Shown: positions 36,609 to 44,877 of the stretch, one piece after another | How positions within the stretch are numbered: the stretch's first letter is position 1 | Layout: every line of letters begins with the position of its first letter | From: a virus | IMG/VR virus record: IMGVR_UViG_3300043411_001314 | Coordinates: 32,001-96,000 of that record | Direction: 5' to 3' (one strand) | Length of the DNA: 64,000 nt | Position numbers and translations under genes: made by a program | Notes under the pieces: generated by a model | The model's database searches: none | Seen by the model: only the letters and a program-made list of their open reading frames with translations | Told to the model about the DNA's origin: nothing

Positions 36609-37898
36609 ATGGCATCCACCACCCCGCTCGGGTTGACCGTCCTCGCCCATGGCGAGAACACCTCAGCCAACGGCCACGCGTTCACATCGAAGGATCCGCT
36701 CCTGGTTGACCGCCTCCTCCGCCAGCTGATGGATCACCGCCACACTGGCGGGACCCCGGCGGCTGAGGTCGCCCCGGACCCGCCGGACCTACTCGAGCTC
36801 GCCACCGAGGGATCCCTCCTACCCGGAACGACCTACTACTACCGGATCGCTGAGATGCGGGGTGGCCTCATCCCCTTCGAGTCGCCGGCTTCAGCCAGTG
36901 TGTGGGTCACCACCTCAGCCGGGTTGACTGCCCCCGAGATCACTACCGCCGACCTCACCGTGGTCACCACGGGGGGCGCCCTCGCTCCCGGGTTCTACCA
37001 GTACGCCGCGACGGTGTACGACACCTTCTACACCTACGACACGAACTGCCCTTCTCCGGTGAGCGTGATGCTCAGCCCCGGCGATGGCGACGCCCAGCAG
37101 GTGGAGATCGACCTCCCCCTCCTCCCGTCCGGCGCCGACGGTTGGAACATCTACCGTCGCGCTCCGAATGGCCTGAACTTCCACTTGATCGACACGCTGG
37201 TTGGTGATCCTGTCGGCCCGTTCGTCGATGACGGGTCCCTGGTGGAGGGCTCGAGGACCCTTCCCACGCGGAACCTCTCGGCGTGGAAGCGCACGGTTTC
37301 CGTCACCCGCCCCGTCGCCGTCACCGGGGACTGGGTCGTGTACCGCTCGAGGGATGACGCAGACTGGAACGGGACGCTCATCGCCACAGTCGACTCCGCC
37401 ACCGACTCGATCGACGACACGGGCCTGCCTGCCGACTTCCTGGCTCCACATGAGTCGTTCTCGCCCTACTGGCAACCGCAGCGCGTGCGCGGTGATGAGG
37501 TCGTGGAGACGGCGCAGGTCGTCCAGTTCTCCGATCCCGGCACGGCGGCCACGGGCCCCATGACCGGCGAGTGGGTGTGCCCGTACACCGAAGCCCGGAT
37601 GGTCAGCCTGACCGCCTCGCTGGCCGCCGGCACCTCCCCGGTAACCCAGGATCTGATCTTCGACGTGGAGAAGTGGGACGGGGTCTCCGCATGGGACGTC
37701 CTGTTCGCCGCCTCCATCGACGCTGCCGTCGACACCGAGACATCCGTGGTCTCCCCCGTCGAGGCCCTGGTGGCCGGCGACCGGCTGCGCGTCAACGTCA
37801 CCCAGGTCGGCGACGGTACCGATCAGGACCTGACCGTGCAGTTCCACCTGTGGGCCCACCCGGGGTGGACGGCTGTGACCTGGGACGAGCCTGCCTGA
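36609..37898 (+). CDS. minor tail protein (FnIII-like repeats)
   Basis: GSLLPGTTYYYRI, GGALAPGFYQY, GADGWNIYR, GDRLRVNVTQVG. Confidence 0.7.
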   Translation: MASTTPLGLTVLAHGENTSANGHAFTSKDPLLVDRLLRQLMDHRHTGGTPAAEVAPDPPDLLELATEGSLLPGTTYYYRIAEMRGGLIPFESPASASVWVTTSAGLTAPEITTADLTVVTTGGALAPGFYQYAATVYDTFYTYDTNCPSPVSVMLSPGDGDAQQVEIDLPLLPSGADGWNIYRRAPNGLNFHLIDTLVGDPVGPFVDDGSLVEGSRTLPTRNLSAWKRTVSVTRPVAVTGDWVVYRSRDDADWNGTLIATVDSATDSIDDTGLPADFLAPHESFSPYWQPQRVRGDEVVETAQVVQFSDPGTAATGPMTGEWVCPYTEARMVSLTASLAAGTSPVTQDLIFDVEKWDGVSAWDVLFAASIDAAVDTETSVVSPVEALVAGDRLRVNVTQVGDGTDQDLTVQFHLWAHPGWTAVTWDEPA

Positions 37899-38830
37899 TG
37901 AAGGTCCCAGAGAAGGACTGGGGATACTCCTTCAACCACCCCAAGCTCGTCCACCGCCACACCAACAAGTTCAGGGCGACCCCCCTCCCCGGGCAGCTTG
38001 ACTCGATTCCCACAGAGGGCGGCTGGCATGAGGAGTGGTTCTGGACGAACCCGGGTGAAGCGTTCGAGTATGAGTGGGTGGTCCCGGCCACCGTGGAATG
38101 GGTCTATGTGTTCGGCGCTGGCGGCGGATCCAACGACACACAATCGGTGGCCGGTGCAACGTTCGGGATGTTTGTGAAGCCTGTTACCCCCGGGTCGACT
38201 ATATCTGTCGTCGTCGGATGCTCTGGCAACCTCGACGATGCCGGTCTACCCGACGGCGGCCCCCCTGGTTTCGGTGGGGATGCGCTCGCCTACGGGGGAG
38301 GGGGTTCGACGACTATGTCGGATGGTGGTGGAATCCTCTATGTGGCGCCTGGCGCTGGAGGTAACACCATCATCCCTGGTGGTGGCGGCTCCGTCAACTT
38401 GTCTTGGACCTGGTGGGATCCATCGCCTTTGTCATGGATTGGGTCCTCAATGGTGAACCCGAACCCGATAACCCCTTCCGTCCCGATCGAACAAACTTTG
38501 GATTCCTACTCGAACGGTGCCCCCGGTTCGGGGGCGGTCGGCGGTGCCGGCGCCGACTGGGTTCTCAGCGGGGACGGCAACCACCTCGCCGGCGGCGGCG
38601 GAGGGGGAGGGTACGGCGGCGGCCCTGGCGGCCCAGTCTACAAGGGCCGACAGGGAGGCTTGTACTGGCATTATGCCAACGGCGGTCGGGCCGGCCGCCC
38701 CCACGTGGGTGGCGACGCCACATATGCGGGCGCCCCATTCACTGAACTGGTCAACGGGACCCCCCTATACTTGCCGTACACGTCCTACAACGCTGGGTGC
38801 GGGTACCTTTACCTTCGATGGCTTGAGTGA
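37898..38830 (+). CDS. glycine-rich tail/receptor-binding protein
   Basis: WVVPATVEWVYV.GAGGG, GGGGGGYGGG. Confidence 0.65.
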   Translation: MKVPEKDWGYSFNHPKLVHRHTNKFRATPLPGQLDSIPTEGGWHEEWFWTNPGEAFEYEWVVPATVEWVYVFGAGGGSNDTQSVAGATFGMFVKPVTPGSTISVVVGCSGNLDDAGLPDGGPPGFGGDALAYGGGGSTTMSDGGGILYVAPGAGGNTIIPGGGGSVNLSWTWWDPSPLSWIGSSMVNPNPITPSVPIEQTLDSYSNGAPGSGAVGGAGADWVLSGDGNHLAGGGGGGGYGGGPGGPVYKGRQGGLYWHYANGGRAGRPHVGGDATYAGAPFTELVNGTPLYLPYTSYNAGCGYLYLRWLE

Positions 38831-38840
38831 GGAACGTCTG

Positions 38841-39338
38841 ATGGCCAATGATCCCGAAGCCGAGTTCCGCGAGTCCATGTACGGCCACGCCACGAACACG
38901 CCGACAGCAATCCACGAGTCCACCACCAAGTGGCTGGACACCGTGCACGCAGGTGGCATCGGCTTTCAGGCCCGGCCCCAGCAGCCCGTCGGCGTGGTGG
39001 ACCTGGAGCATCGAGCCAAGGATCTGGCCGCCGAGTTTGGCATCCCCACCCCGGGCCTCTCCGGCGTCCGGTGGGCGCGCCTACCGCGATCCTGGGGCCG
39101 GTGCGAAGAGGACAACACCATCCTGATCGCCGACCACGCCGCCAAGGTCCCGGCATGGGTGCTCGACTCGGTCATCATCCACGAGCTCGCCCACCTGTCC
39201 CACCGCGACCACGGCCCCGAGTTCGAGGCCATCACCGCCCTGTACCCCTACACCGATCAAGCCCATGGCTACATCCTCTCCGTCCAGGACAGGGAGTGGT
39301 CGATCAAGCGCCCGCCCAAAGGACCCCGCCATGTATGA
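38841..39338 (+). CDS. YgjP/M48-like zinc metallopeptidase
   Basis: WGRC...VP.WVLDSVIIHELAHL.H.DHGPEF. Confidence 0.85.
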   Translation: MANDPEAEFRESMYGHATNTPTAIHESTTKWLDTVHAGGIGFQARPQQPVGVVDLEHRAKDLAAEFGIPTPGLSGVRWARLPRSWGRCEEDNTILIADHAAKVPAWVLDSVIIHELAHLSHRDHGPEFEAITALYPYTDQAHGYILSVQDREWSIKRPPKGPRHV

Positions 39339-39603
39339 CCCCATGATCAGCCTCCCCTACCACGTCGACGGCGTGCAGTTCGACGCGAACATGACCGGCA
39401 TCACCGTCCAGTACTCCATCCCCGAGGAGGTGTCGTCGAAGGGGTCCGAGTACCGCCAACGCAGCATCCCCCTGGGCGTGTCCGAGGAGATCGACCAGAT
39501 CGTGGCCGACATGATGGACTCGCTCTGCCAGGTGCTCGACCTCCACACCGTCGTGCTCCGTGCGCCGGCGGACCGGGTGGCGTCTCGGCCGTTCACCAAG
39601 TGA
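39331..39603 (+). CDS. hypothetical protein
   Basis: RBS AAAGGA; coupled ORF. Confidence 0.55.
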   Translation: MYDPMISLPYHVDGVQFDANMTGITVQYSIPEEVSSKGSEYRQRSIPLGVSEEIDQIVADMMDSLCQVLDLHTVVLRAPADRVASRPFTK

Positions 39604-39619
39604 GGTGTCCGCGGTCTGG

Positions 39620-40087
39620 GTGATACTGCTCAGCTTGTGGATCCTGGTGGCCCTGGCCGCCGCCGCCTTCGTCCTCGCCAGACGAGCTCGAGTGTTCAGC
39701 TCTATGCCGCGGACCGGGGACGTCACCTCAGACCGAGACCCCTTCACCCAGGGCCCCTGGGCCGGGACTGAGGGGGCCGTGCTGGTGGACCGGCGCATCC
39801 TTGTCGCCGTGGCCGAGCCCGAGGAGCTCCGCCTGGCCACCTCACACCGGGACCGGGTCAGACTGCTCGAGCGGCAGATCAAGGCCGAGGGCCTCCGGGT
39901 CCCGGTGCGCATCAACCTCGACCAGCGCGGCCAGCTGTGCGTAGCTGATGGGCACCACCGGCTGGCCGTGGCCACCCGCATGGGGGCCGAGCGGGTCCCG
40001 GTGGTTCTCGTTGGCGTGGAGCAGATCCGGGGGTGGTCCAGGCCCGCCGCCTCCTTCTTCATCAGCGCCCTTGTCACCTGTTCGTAA
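39620..40087 (+). CDS. ParB/sulfiredoxin-like domain protein, possible N-terminal TM
   Basis: I.AEGL.VPV...VADGHHRLAVA..MG.ERVPV. Confidence 0.7.
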   Translation: MILLSLWILVALAAAAFVLARRARVFSSMPRTGDVTSDRDPFTQGPWAGTEGAVLVDRRILVAVAEPEELRLATSHRDRVRLLERQIKAEGLRVPVRINLDQRGQLCVADGHHRLAVATRMGAERVPVVLVGVEQIRGWSRPAASFFISALVTCS

Positions 40088-40100
40088 TCTTTGATACGAT
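40071..40100 (+). promoter_or_regulatory. sigma70-type promoter, leaderless
   Basis: TTGTCA-N18-TACGAT-N6-ATG(40107). Confidence 0.6.
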
Positions 40101-40106
40101 GTTCCG

Positions 40107-40637
40107 ATGAGAAAACTCATCATTGCATCCATCCTTCTACTCTCCGTCGTGGCCTGTCAGCCGGCGCCGGCGCTAGGAGCGCAGTACCACCACTGGTCTG
40201 AGACACCAGCGGAAGTCAGGGCCGAACACGAGCCCGAAGTGATCCAAGCCTGGATCGACACCTACTGGGCCAACGAGTGGGTGCGTATCTACTGGGAGCG
40301 CATCGCCGCCTTCGCCGCCGCCTACGAGCACGCCCAGCGGGTGGCTGCCGAACAGGCCGCCTACCCGTCCGGCCAGTGTGGTGGCGACCTGCCCCCGTGC
40401 TGGGTGATGCGCAAGGAGTCCAAGGGGGACATCCGGATCTGGAACGGTGGCTGTTACAACGGTCCGTGTGGTGGGCGCTCCTCGACTGCGTCCGGTAAGT
40501 GGCAGTTCATCCGGCGCACCTGGGCCGGCTTCGGCGGGTACGCCAATGCGGCCGACGCCCCCGAGCGCGTGCAGGACGACAAGGCTCGTCAGGTCTGGGC
40601 CGGCGGCGGTGGCTGTTCCCACTGGAGCGCCTGCTGA
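40107..40637 (+). CDS. lipoprotein with Rpf-like transglycosylase domain
   Basis: Lipobox VVAC; ES.G...ASGKWQFI..TW..FGG...AADAP..VQD..A..VW...G.SHW.C. Confidence 0.85.
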   Translation: MRKLIIASILLLSVVACQPAPALGAQYHHWSETPAEVRAEHEPEVIQAWIDTYWANEWVRIYWERIAAFAAAYEHAQRVAAEQAAYPSGQCGGDLPPCWVMRKESKGDIRIWNGGCYNGPCGGRSSTASGKWQFIRRTWAGFGGYANAADAPERVQDDKARQVWAGGGGCSHWSAC

Positions 40638-40873
40638 TGCCGACTATCGACGACGTCTTCCCGCCCGAGCAGTGCTCGCCAGAGCCCGAACGGGCAGCCG
40701 ACCCTGAGGTCCTCGGCACCCGCCTGGCGATGGAGCGGGCAATCCACCTCTGCCCCCTCGGGGACGACTCGAAGACCCGCTGCTGCGGCGTCCTGATGTT
40801 CGAGCTGCCGCTCGACGACCGCATCACCATGGACCCCCACCGGGTCCGGTGCATGGTAAGGTCGTTCCCGTGA
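40637..40873 (+). CDS. hypothetical protein
   Basis: HLCP....T.CCG...ELP..DRIT.DP..V.C. Confidence 0.6.
   Translation: MPTIDDVFPPEQCSPEPERAADPEVLGTRLAMERAIHLCPLGDDSKTRCCGVLMFELPLDDRITMDPHRVRCMVRSFP
40854..40862 (+). promoter_or_regulatory. extended -10 promoter candidate for Ser leader
   Basis: TG-G-TAAGGT, 7 nt before GTG 40870 (same spacing as the Pro/Trp leader). Confidence 0.45.
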
Positions 40874-40911
40874 CCACCACCCTGCTCCGATCTTCATCGA
40901 GTAGCAGCTAG
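40870..40911 (+). CDS. putative leader peptide MTTTLLRSSSSSS (Ser sensing)
   Basis: GTG ACC ACC ACC CTG CTC CGA TCT TCA TCG AGT AGC AGC TAG. Confidence 0.75.
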   Translation: MTTTLLRSSSSSS

Positions 40912-40937
40912 CACCGCGGACCATTCCGCGGTGCCTT

Positions 40938-41020
40938 GGAGGGTGCCGCGGAATGGTCCGCAACCGGTCTCGAAAACCGGGGTGGTCGAAAGGCCAGGGG
41001 TTCGATCCCTCCACCTTCCG
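40938..41020 (+). tRNA. tRNA-Ser(CGA)
   Basis: GGAGGGT...ACCTTCC-G; CCGGT-CTCGAAA-ACCGG; long variable arm. Confidence 0.9.
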
Positions 41021-41024
41021 CCCT

Positions 41025-41113
41025 GGAGCGTTGACCGAGTAGGTAAGGTGCCGGGTTGCTAACCCGAGGTCAGCCGTCAGGCTGGGCAGGTTCGAACCCT
41101 GCACGCTCCGCCA
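41025..41113 (+). tRNA. tRNA-Ser(GCU)
   Basis: GGAGCGT...ACGCTCC-G-CCA; anticodon loop TTGCTAA; long variable arm. Confidence 0.9.
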
Positions 41114-41267
41114 TACAGAACGAGCAGTTCCCGGCGAAGATGTCGTTGCTTCCCACGTACTGGCCGTGGACGCAGTAGTTCCTGGAGTGCAGCGGATCCC
41201 GCTCGTCCATGAGCTTCTTCCACTGCCGGCCGACGGTCTCGCTCGGGCCTCGGGCGGGCCCTGTCAT
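41070..41267 (-). CDS. small Cys-containing protein; stop lies antisense inside tRNA-Ser
   Basis: YCVHGQYVG......NCSFC; RBS GAGAGG. Confidence 0.5.
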   Translation of the reverse strand: MTGPARGPSETVGRQWKKLMDERDPLHSRNYCVHGQYVGSNDIFAGNCSFCMAERAGFEPAQPDG

Positions 41268-41298
41268 GACCCTGCCTCTCGCCGCCATTCGCGCCAGC

Positions 41299-41838
41299 TC
41301 ATGGGTCTACCTGTCCGGTGTTGGCCACGAGGTCTTCGAGGCTGGGGTGGTGGGAGTACCAGTCGTCGGGTGAGTCCTCGCGGGCGTTGAGGCGGATCTC
41401 CATCCACCCGAAGGCGAGGTGGAGGATGTCGGTCTCATCGGTCGGGTCGAGGGTGATCTCGGACTCGATCTGAAGCTCCTCGGCTAGCTCGGCCAGCCAG
41501 GCTGCCTCCCGGGAGTCCGGACATTCCGGGTCAGGGGCCCAGGCCCGGAGTGTCACTCTGACACGGTGGCGGTGGGCGGCCAGCACGAGGCGGGTCAGGT
41601 TCGCCGAGTCGTAGGTGCTCAGCTCGGAGCGGCACAAGAAGGCGAGCCCGGTCGGGGTGACCCATGGACGGGTGCCGGCATCGTGCAGGTTGTAGATCCG
41701 TGTCATGTCCCACATCGCCTGGGCGCAGCGCTGCTGGGGCTCGGAGAGCTCGAGGTTCAGCCGGCGGGCGAGCCAGTCGGCCCCGGGGTAGGTCGTGGTC
41801 GCGGTCATGGGGAACCATGCATCCTCAGGGGTGGCCAT
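41299..41838 (-). CDS. hypothetical protein
   Basis: LSTYDSANLTRLVLAAH..RVRV...HHPSLE phage motif; coupled to PNK stop. Confidence 0.65.
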   Translation of the reverse strand: MATPEDAWFPMTATTTYPGADWLARRLNLELSEPQQRCAQAMWDMTRIYNLHDAGTRPWVTPTGLAFLCRSELSTYDSANLTRLVLAAHRHRVRVTLRAWAPDPECPDSREAAWLAELAEELQIESEITLDPTDETDILHLAFGWMEIRLNAREDSPDDWYSHHPSLEDLVANTGQVDP

Positions 41839-42830
41839 CAGAAGTCCCCTTCCGCTACCTGCCAGCAGGGCAGGCCGAGTAGGCGCCACATGCGCACCAC
41901 GCTGTTGCGGTCGTCGAACACGGCGGTCACGTGGAAGTGCGGCCGGATCCGCTCGGTGTAGATCTCGAGTTTGACCACCGAGTCCGGGCGCTGGTCGTCG
42001 CCGGCCCGCATCATCAGCTTGGCCCCCAGGAGCCGCTCCTCCTGGTCCCGGGTGAGGAGGCCGTCTTCCCGGGCCTTGGTCGTGGACTTCACGAACCAGT
42101 CGACCGTCTGGCTCTCGTGCTTGTCGCTCCGACCGGAGCAGAGGATGACGTGCGGCTGGCCGGCCGCGGCTCGGGCCACCTGGACGTTGAACTTGTCCGT
42201 GTGGCAGTTGGCGGCGTCGTAGGGGTTGCGGCCCTGGTGGATGGCCAGGGTGCCGTCGAGGTCGACCAGGCAGGTCTCGGGGAGGGTCTCGTCCTGCCAC
42301 ACCTGCAGCTTGGGCTTCGCCGGAGCGTCGGAGAGCAGGAGCTCGCAGGCTTCACGGGGGCTCAGCGTCTGCCAGCGGCGGAATCTCCCCCGGTTCTCAG
42401 CGGCCTCCTGGTAGATACGCCCGACGACATCGGGCCCGACGCTCTTGGGCCGGACCTTGTCTCGGTACAGGCAGTCCTGTAGGGGTACGTCGGTGAAGTC
42501 CACGATGGCCACGTCCGCTTCGACGGCGATCATCCGTGAGATCCTCGCCGGCGTGGAGGGGTTGGCGTGCGTGTTGTGCACGATGACGTCACGGCCACGC
42601 GCCACGGCCTCGTACACGACCTGGTCGTGGACGCGCTTCACCAGCGTCTCGTCGATCTTGCCCATGCCGTCGACGAACGCCCTGCCGCGGTCGACCATCG
42701 AGCGGAGGTCGTCGAGCGACACCAGCTTCACCCGGCCGGCCGGCAGACCATCAGCGACTCCCTTGGCCCACGTCGACTTCCCGGACCCCGGCGCACCGCG
42801 GGTGAACAACACCACTGGGCGCCGACTCAT
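41838..42830 (-). CDS. pnk: polynucleotide 5'-kinase/3'-phosphatase
   Basis: GAPGSGKSTWA P-loop; DLDGTLA HAD motif; SGR; FDDR..VV.MWR.LGL.C.QV. Confidence 0.95.
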   Translation of the reverse strand: MSRRPVVLFTRGAPGSGKSTWAKGVADGLPAGRVKLVSLDDLRSMVDRGRAFVDGMGKIDETLVKRVHDQVVYEAVARGRDVIVHNTHANPSTPARISRMIAVEADVAIVDFTDVPLQDCLYRDKVRPKSVGPDVVGRIYQEAAENRGRFRRWQTLSPREACELLLSDAPAKPKLQVWQDETLPETCLVDLDGTLAIHQGRNPYDAANCHTDKFNVQVARAAAGQPHVILCSGRSDKHESQTVDWFVKSTTKAREDGLLTRDQEERLLGAKLMMRAGDDQRPDSVVKLEIYTERIRPHFHVTAVFDDRNSVVRMWRLLGLPCWQVAEGDF

Positions 42831-43294
42831 GACATCCCCATGTGCCGCGCCTGGAGGCTGCCAGAGTAGGCGGACCGATAGAGGGAGGCCAGGAACATCA
42901 GCATGTCCCCGAAGGCCATGCCCTCCTCGACCGCCTCGTCGACGATGTCTAGGGCGGCGTCGATGTTGCCACCGGACAGCAACGTCAGGAGTCGGAGAAC
43001 CCGCGCTTCGGCTGCCCGGGTGTGGTCGTCGAGCTCGATGATCTGCCCAGTGGTGGGGTGCTGGACCATCATGCCCTCCACCTCGATGGCTCCCCCTTCC
43101 GGGGAGCCGAGGGCGATCCGGATGTGGGGGAGGAGCAGCCGGGCCAGGGTGTCGATGGCGGCGATGCCGGTGATCACGTTCCCCAGGTTGGAGGCGGCTG
43201 CCACGACTTCGTGCTCGTGGGGGCTGTCCTTGATGGTGGTGACGAGGGTGTGGACGGCCTTCATGTCCGGTTCGGGTTGGTCAGGGGGCATCAT
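42827..43294 (-). CDS. hypothetical protein
   Basis: Coupled between PNK and RNA ligase. Confidence 0.6.
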   Translation of the reverse strand: MMPPDQPEPDMKAVHTLVTTIKDSPHEHEVVAAASNLGNVITGIAAIDTLARLLLPHIRIALGSPEGGAIEVEGMMVQHPTTGQIIELDDHTRAAEARVLRLLTLLSGGNIDAALDIVDEAVEEGMAFGDMLMFLASLYRSAYSGSLQARHMGMS

Positions 43295-44427
43295 CAGGAT
43301 CTCCAGTGAAAGGAAAGCTCGAGCTCGGGCCGGGCGGCTGCCCAGCATGCGGCTTTGAACTTGGTGGTGTTGCCGTCGAGCAACATGAACAGGAACGGTC
43401 GGTGCGGGCTGGCGGTTGCCAGCATGGCGAACTGCTTGCGCATGGCGCTGTCGTCTCGGATCTCGGGCGCTGGGGCGCCCATCTCCTGGAGGATGGCCCG
43501 GTACGCCTTGAAGGCGCCACGCATCACCTCCCACTTCTTGTTGCGGATGGAACGGATCTGGTCGTTCAGCCAGCGCCGGAACTCGTCGGGGACCGTGTCG
43601 TAGAGCCGGTCCATGCCGGTGTCGGTCCGCAGGTAGTCCCAGACGGTCCGACTGGTGCAGCCGGTGAGGAGGGCGTAGAGGCGGACGTACTCGGCTTCCT
43701 TGGCTTTGGCCCGGGTCACGCCGTCGGCGGACACCAGCACGTACCCCTCGCTGTTCGGCCGTGACGGCAGGGACGGAAGGTCATGCGGTCCACCGAGGAT
43801 GCCGAGCACCTCGACGCGGGCCCACGGCCACCAGTCGAACACCGGGTCGTGAGGGGAGGTGAAGTTCCCGGTGGCGATCTCGATCGCACCGAGCAGCCGG
43901 AGCTCGGCCAGCCGGCCGTAGTCCACCACGATCCGGTTCTCCGGGTAGATGATCTCGGCCAGGATGGTGTGCTCGGCCGGGTCGAGGTCGAACGGGAGCT
44001 GGTCACACAGTGGAACCCGCTCACTGAAGAGGTCGTTGGCGAACGCAGCCTGCTTGCCGGCGAAGGATCCCTTCGTGGCCCACCGGAAGCTCCCCTCAGC
44101 GTCGAGGTGGCCGACCCCAAGCGTTCCATCGGCTTTGTCGTAGGCGGTGACAGGTGGGGCCAGGTCGATCGGCCCGGCCGGCCCGTCGTCACCGTGCTCG
44201 CCCAGGTTGAAGAACTTGGGGAAGGGGCGAGCCACCACGGTCCCGTCGTCGGCCAGGATCAGCCCGCGACAGGTCCGCGTCACGTCGTCCCAGGCCCGGG
44301 TGAACTGGACCCGCTGGGTGTAGCAGTAGATGCTGAGCGGCTGCGTCGGGTGACGTTGGGCCCGGACCAGGCCCTGTTCGATGTGGCGCTCCAGCAGCTT
44401 GGGGTTGAAGAGCTCGTCGACCTTCAC
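43294..44427 (-). CDS. T4 Rnl1-like RNA ligase
   Basis: CRGLI...VARPFPKFFN, KADGTLG, ATKGSF, EIIYPENRIVVDY, EGYV. Confidence 0.93.
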   Translation of the reverse strand: MKVDELFNPKLLERHIEQGLVRAQRHPTQPLSIYCYTQRVQFTRAWDDVTRTCRGLILADDGTVVARPFPKFFNLGEHGDDGPAGPIDLAPPVTAYDKADGTLGVGHLDAEGSFRWATKGSFAGKQAAFANDLFSERVPLCDQLPFDLDPAEHTILAEIIYPENRIVVDYGRLAELRLLGAIEIATGNFTSPHDPVFDWWPWARVEVLGILGGPHDLPSLPSRPNSEGYVLVSADGVTRAKAKEAEYVRLYALLTGCTSRTVWDYLRTDTGMDRLYDTVPDEFRRWLNDQIRSIRNKKWEVMRGAFKAYRAILQEMGAPAPEIRDDSAMRKQFAMLATASPHRPFLFMLLDGNTTKFKAACWAAARPELELSFHWRS

Positions 44428-44449
44428 ACTTCCACCATCTTCGCTTCGG

Positions 44450-44587
44450 TCACTTCTTCGCCTTGCCCTTCTTCTTGGGCTCGACGGCCCGTGGGTGTGC
44501 TTTGTGGAACTCGTCGGCCAGCGTCACGAGATGATCGGCCATCGGTAGGTCGCACCCGGCTTGCGGGCACTTCCACTCCTCCTTCAT
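44450..44587 (-). CDS. small protein with Lys-rich C-terminus (45 aa)
   Basis: MKEEWKCPQAGCDLPMADH...EPKKKGKAKK; ATGA overlap with upstream gene. Confidence 0.55.
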   Translation of the reverse strand: MKEEWKCPQAGCDLPMADHLVTLADEFHKAHPRAVEPKKKGKAKK

Positions 44588-44841
44588 GCGGTCCTCGCGA
44601 ACGGTGGCGGCCGGCGCCGGCGTGGTGGCTCGGCCAGGTTCTCCACGACGGCTGTTCTGGTGGCCGGGGTGAAGGTCCGCTGCTCGAGGTACTCCTTGAT
44701 CCCGTCCTCGGGGATGAGGATCCTGGTGGACACTCGGTGGGCTTGGAGCTCGCCGGTGCGGATCAGCTTGTCGATCGTCCTGATGTGGACGTTCAGCAGG
44801 GAAGCGGCCTCACGTCGGCTCAGCATGGGGCTGATGGTCAT
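44584..44841 (-). CDS. excisionase-like HTH protein
   Basis: MLSRREAASLLNVHIRTIDKLIRTGEL. Confidence 0.8.
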   Translation of the reverse strand: MTISPMLSRREAASLLNVHIRTIDKLIRTGELQAHRVSTRILIPEDGIKEYLEQRTFTPATRTAVVENLAEPPRRRRPPPFARTA

Positions 44842-44847
44842 CCTGCA

Positions 44848-44877
44848 ACCATACCGATCGCATATCAGCGGAGTCAA
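44848..44877 (-). promoter_or_regulatory. sigma70-type promoter, leaderless; heads the RNA-repair operon
   Basis: TTGACT-N18-TATGGT-N6-ATG(44841). Confidence 0.65.

Noticed and set aside
44584-44841. Integration module (excisionase, with a tRNA as att site)
   Set aside because: No integrase or duplicated tRNA 3' end in the window; lifestyle cannot be determined
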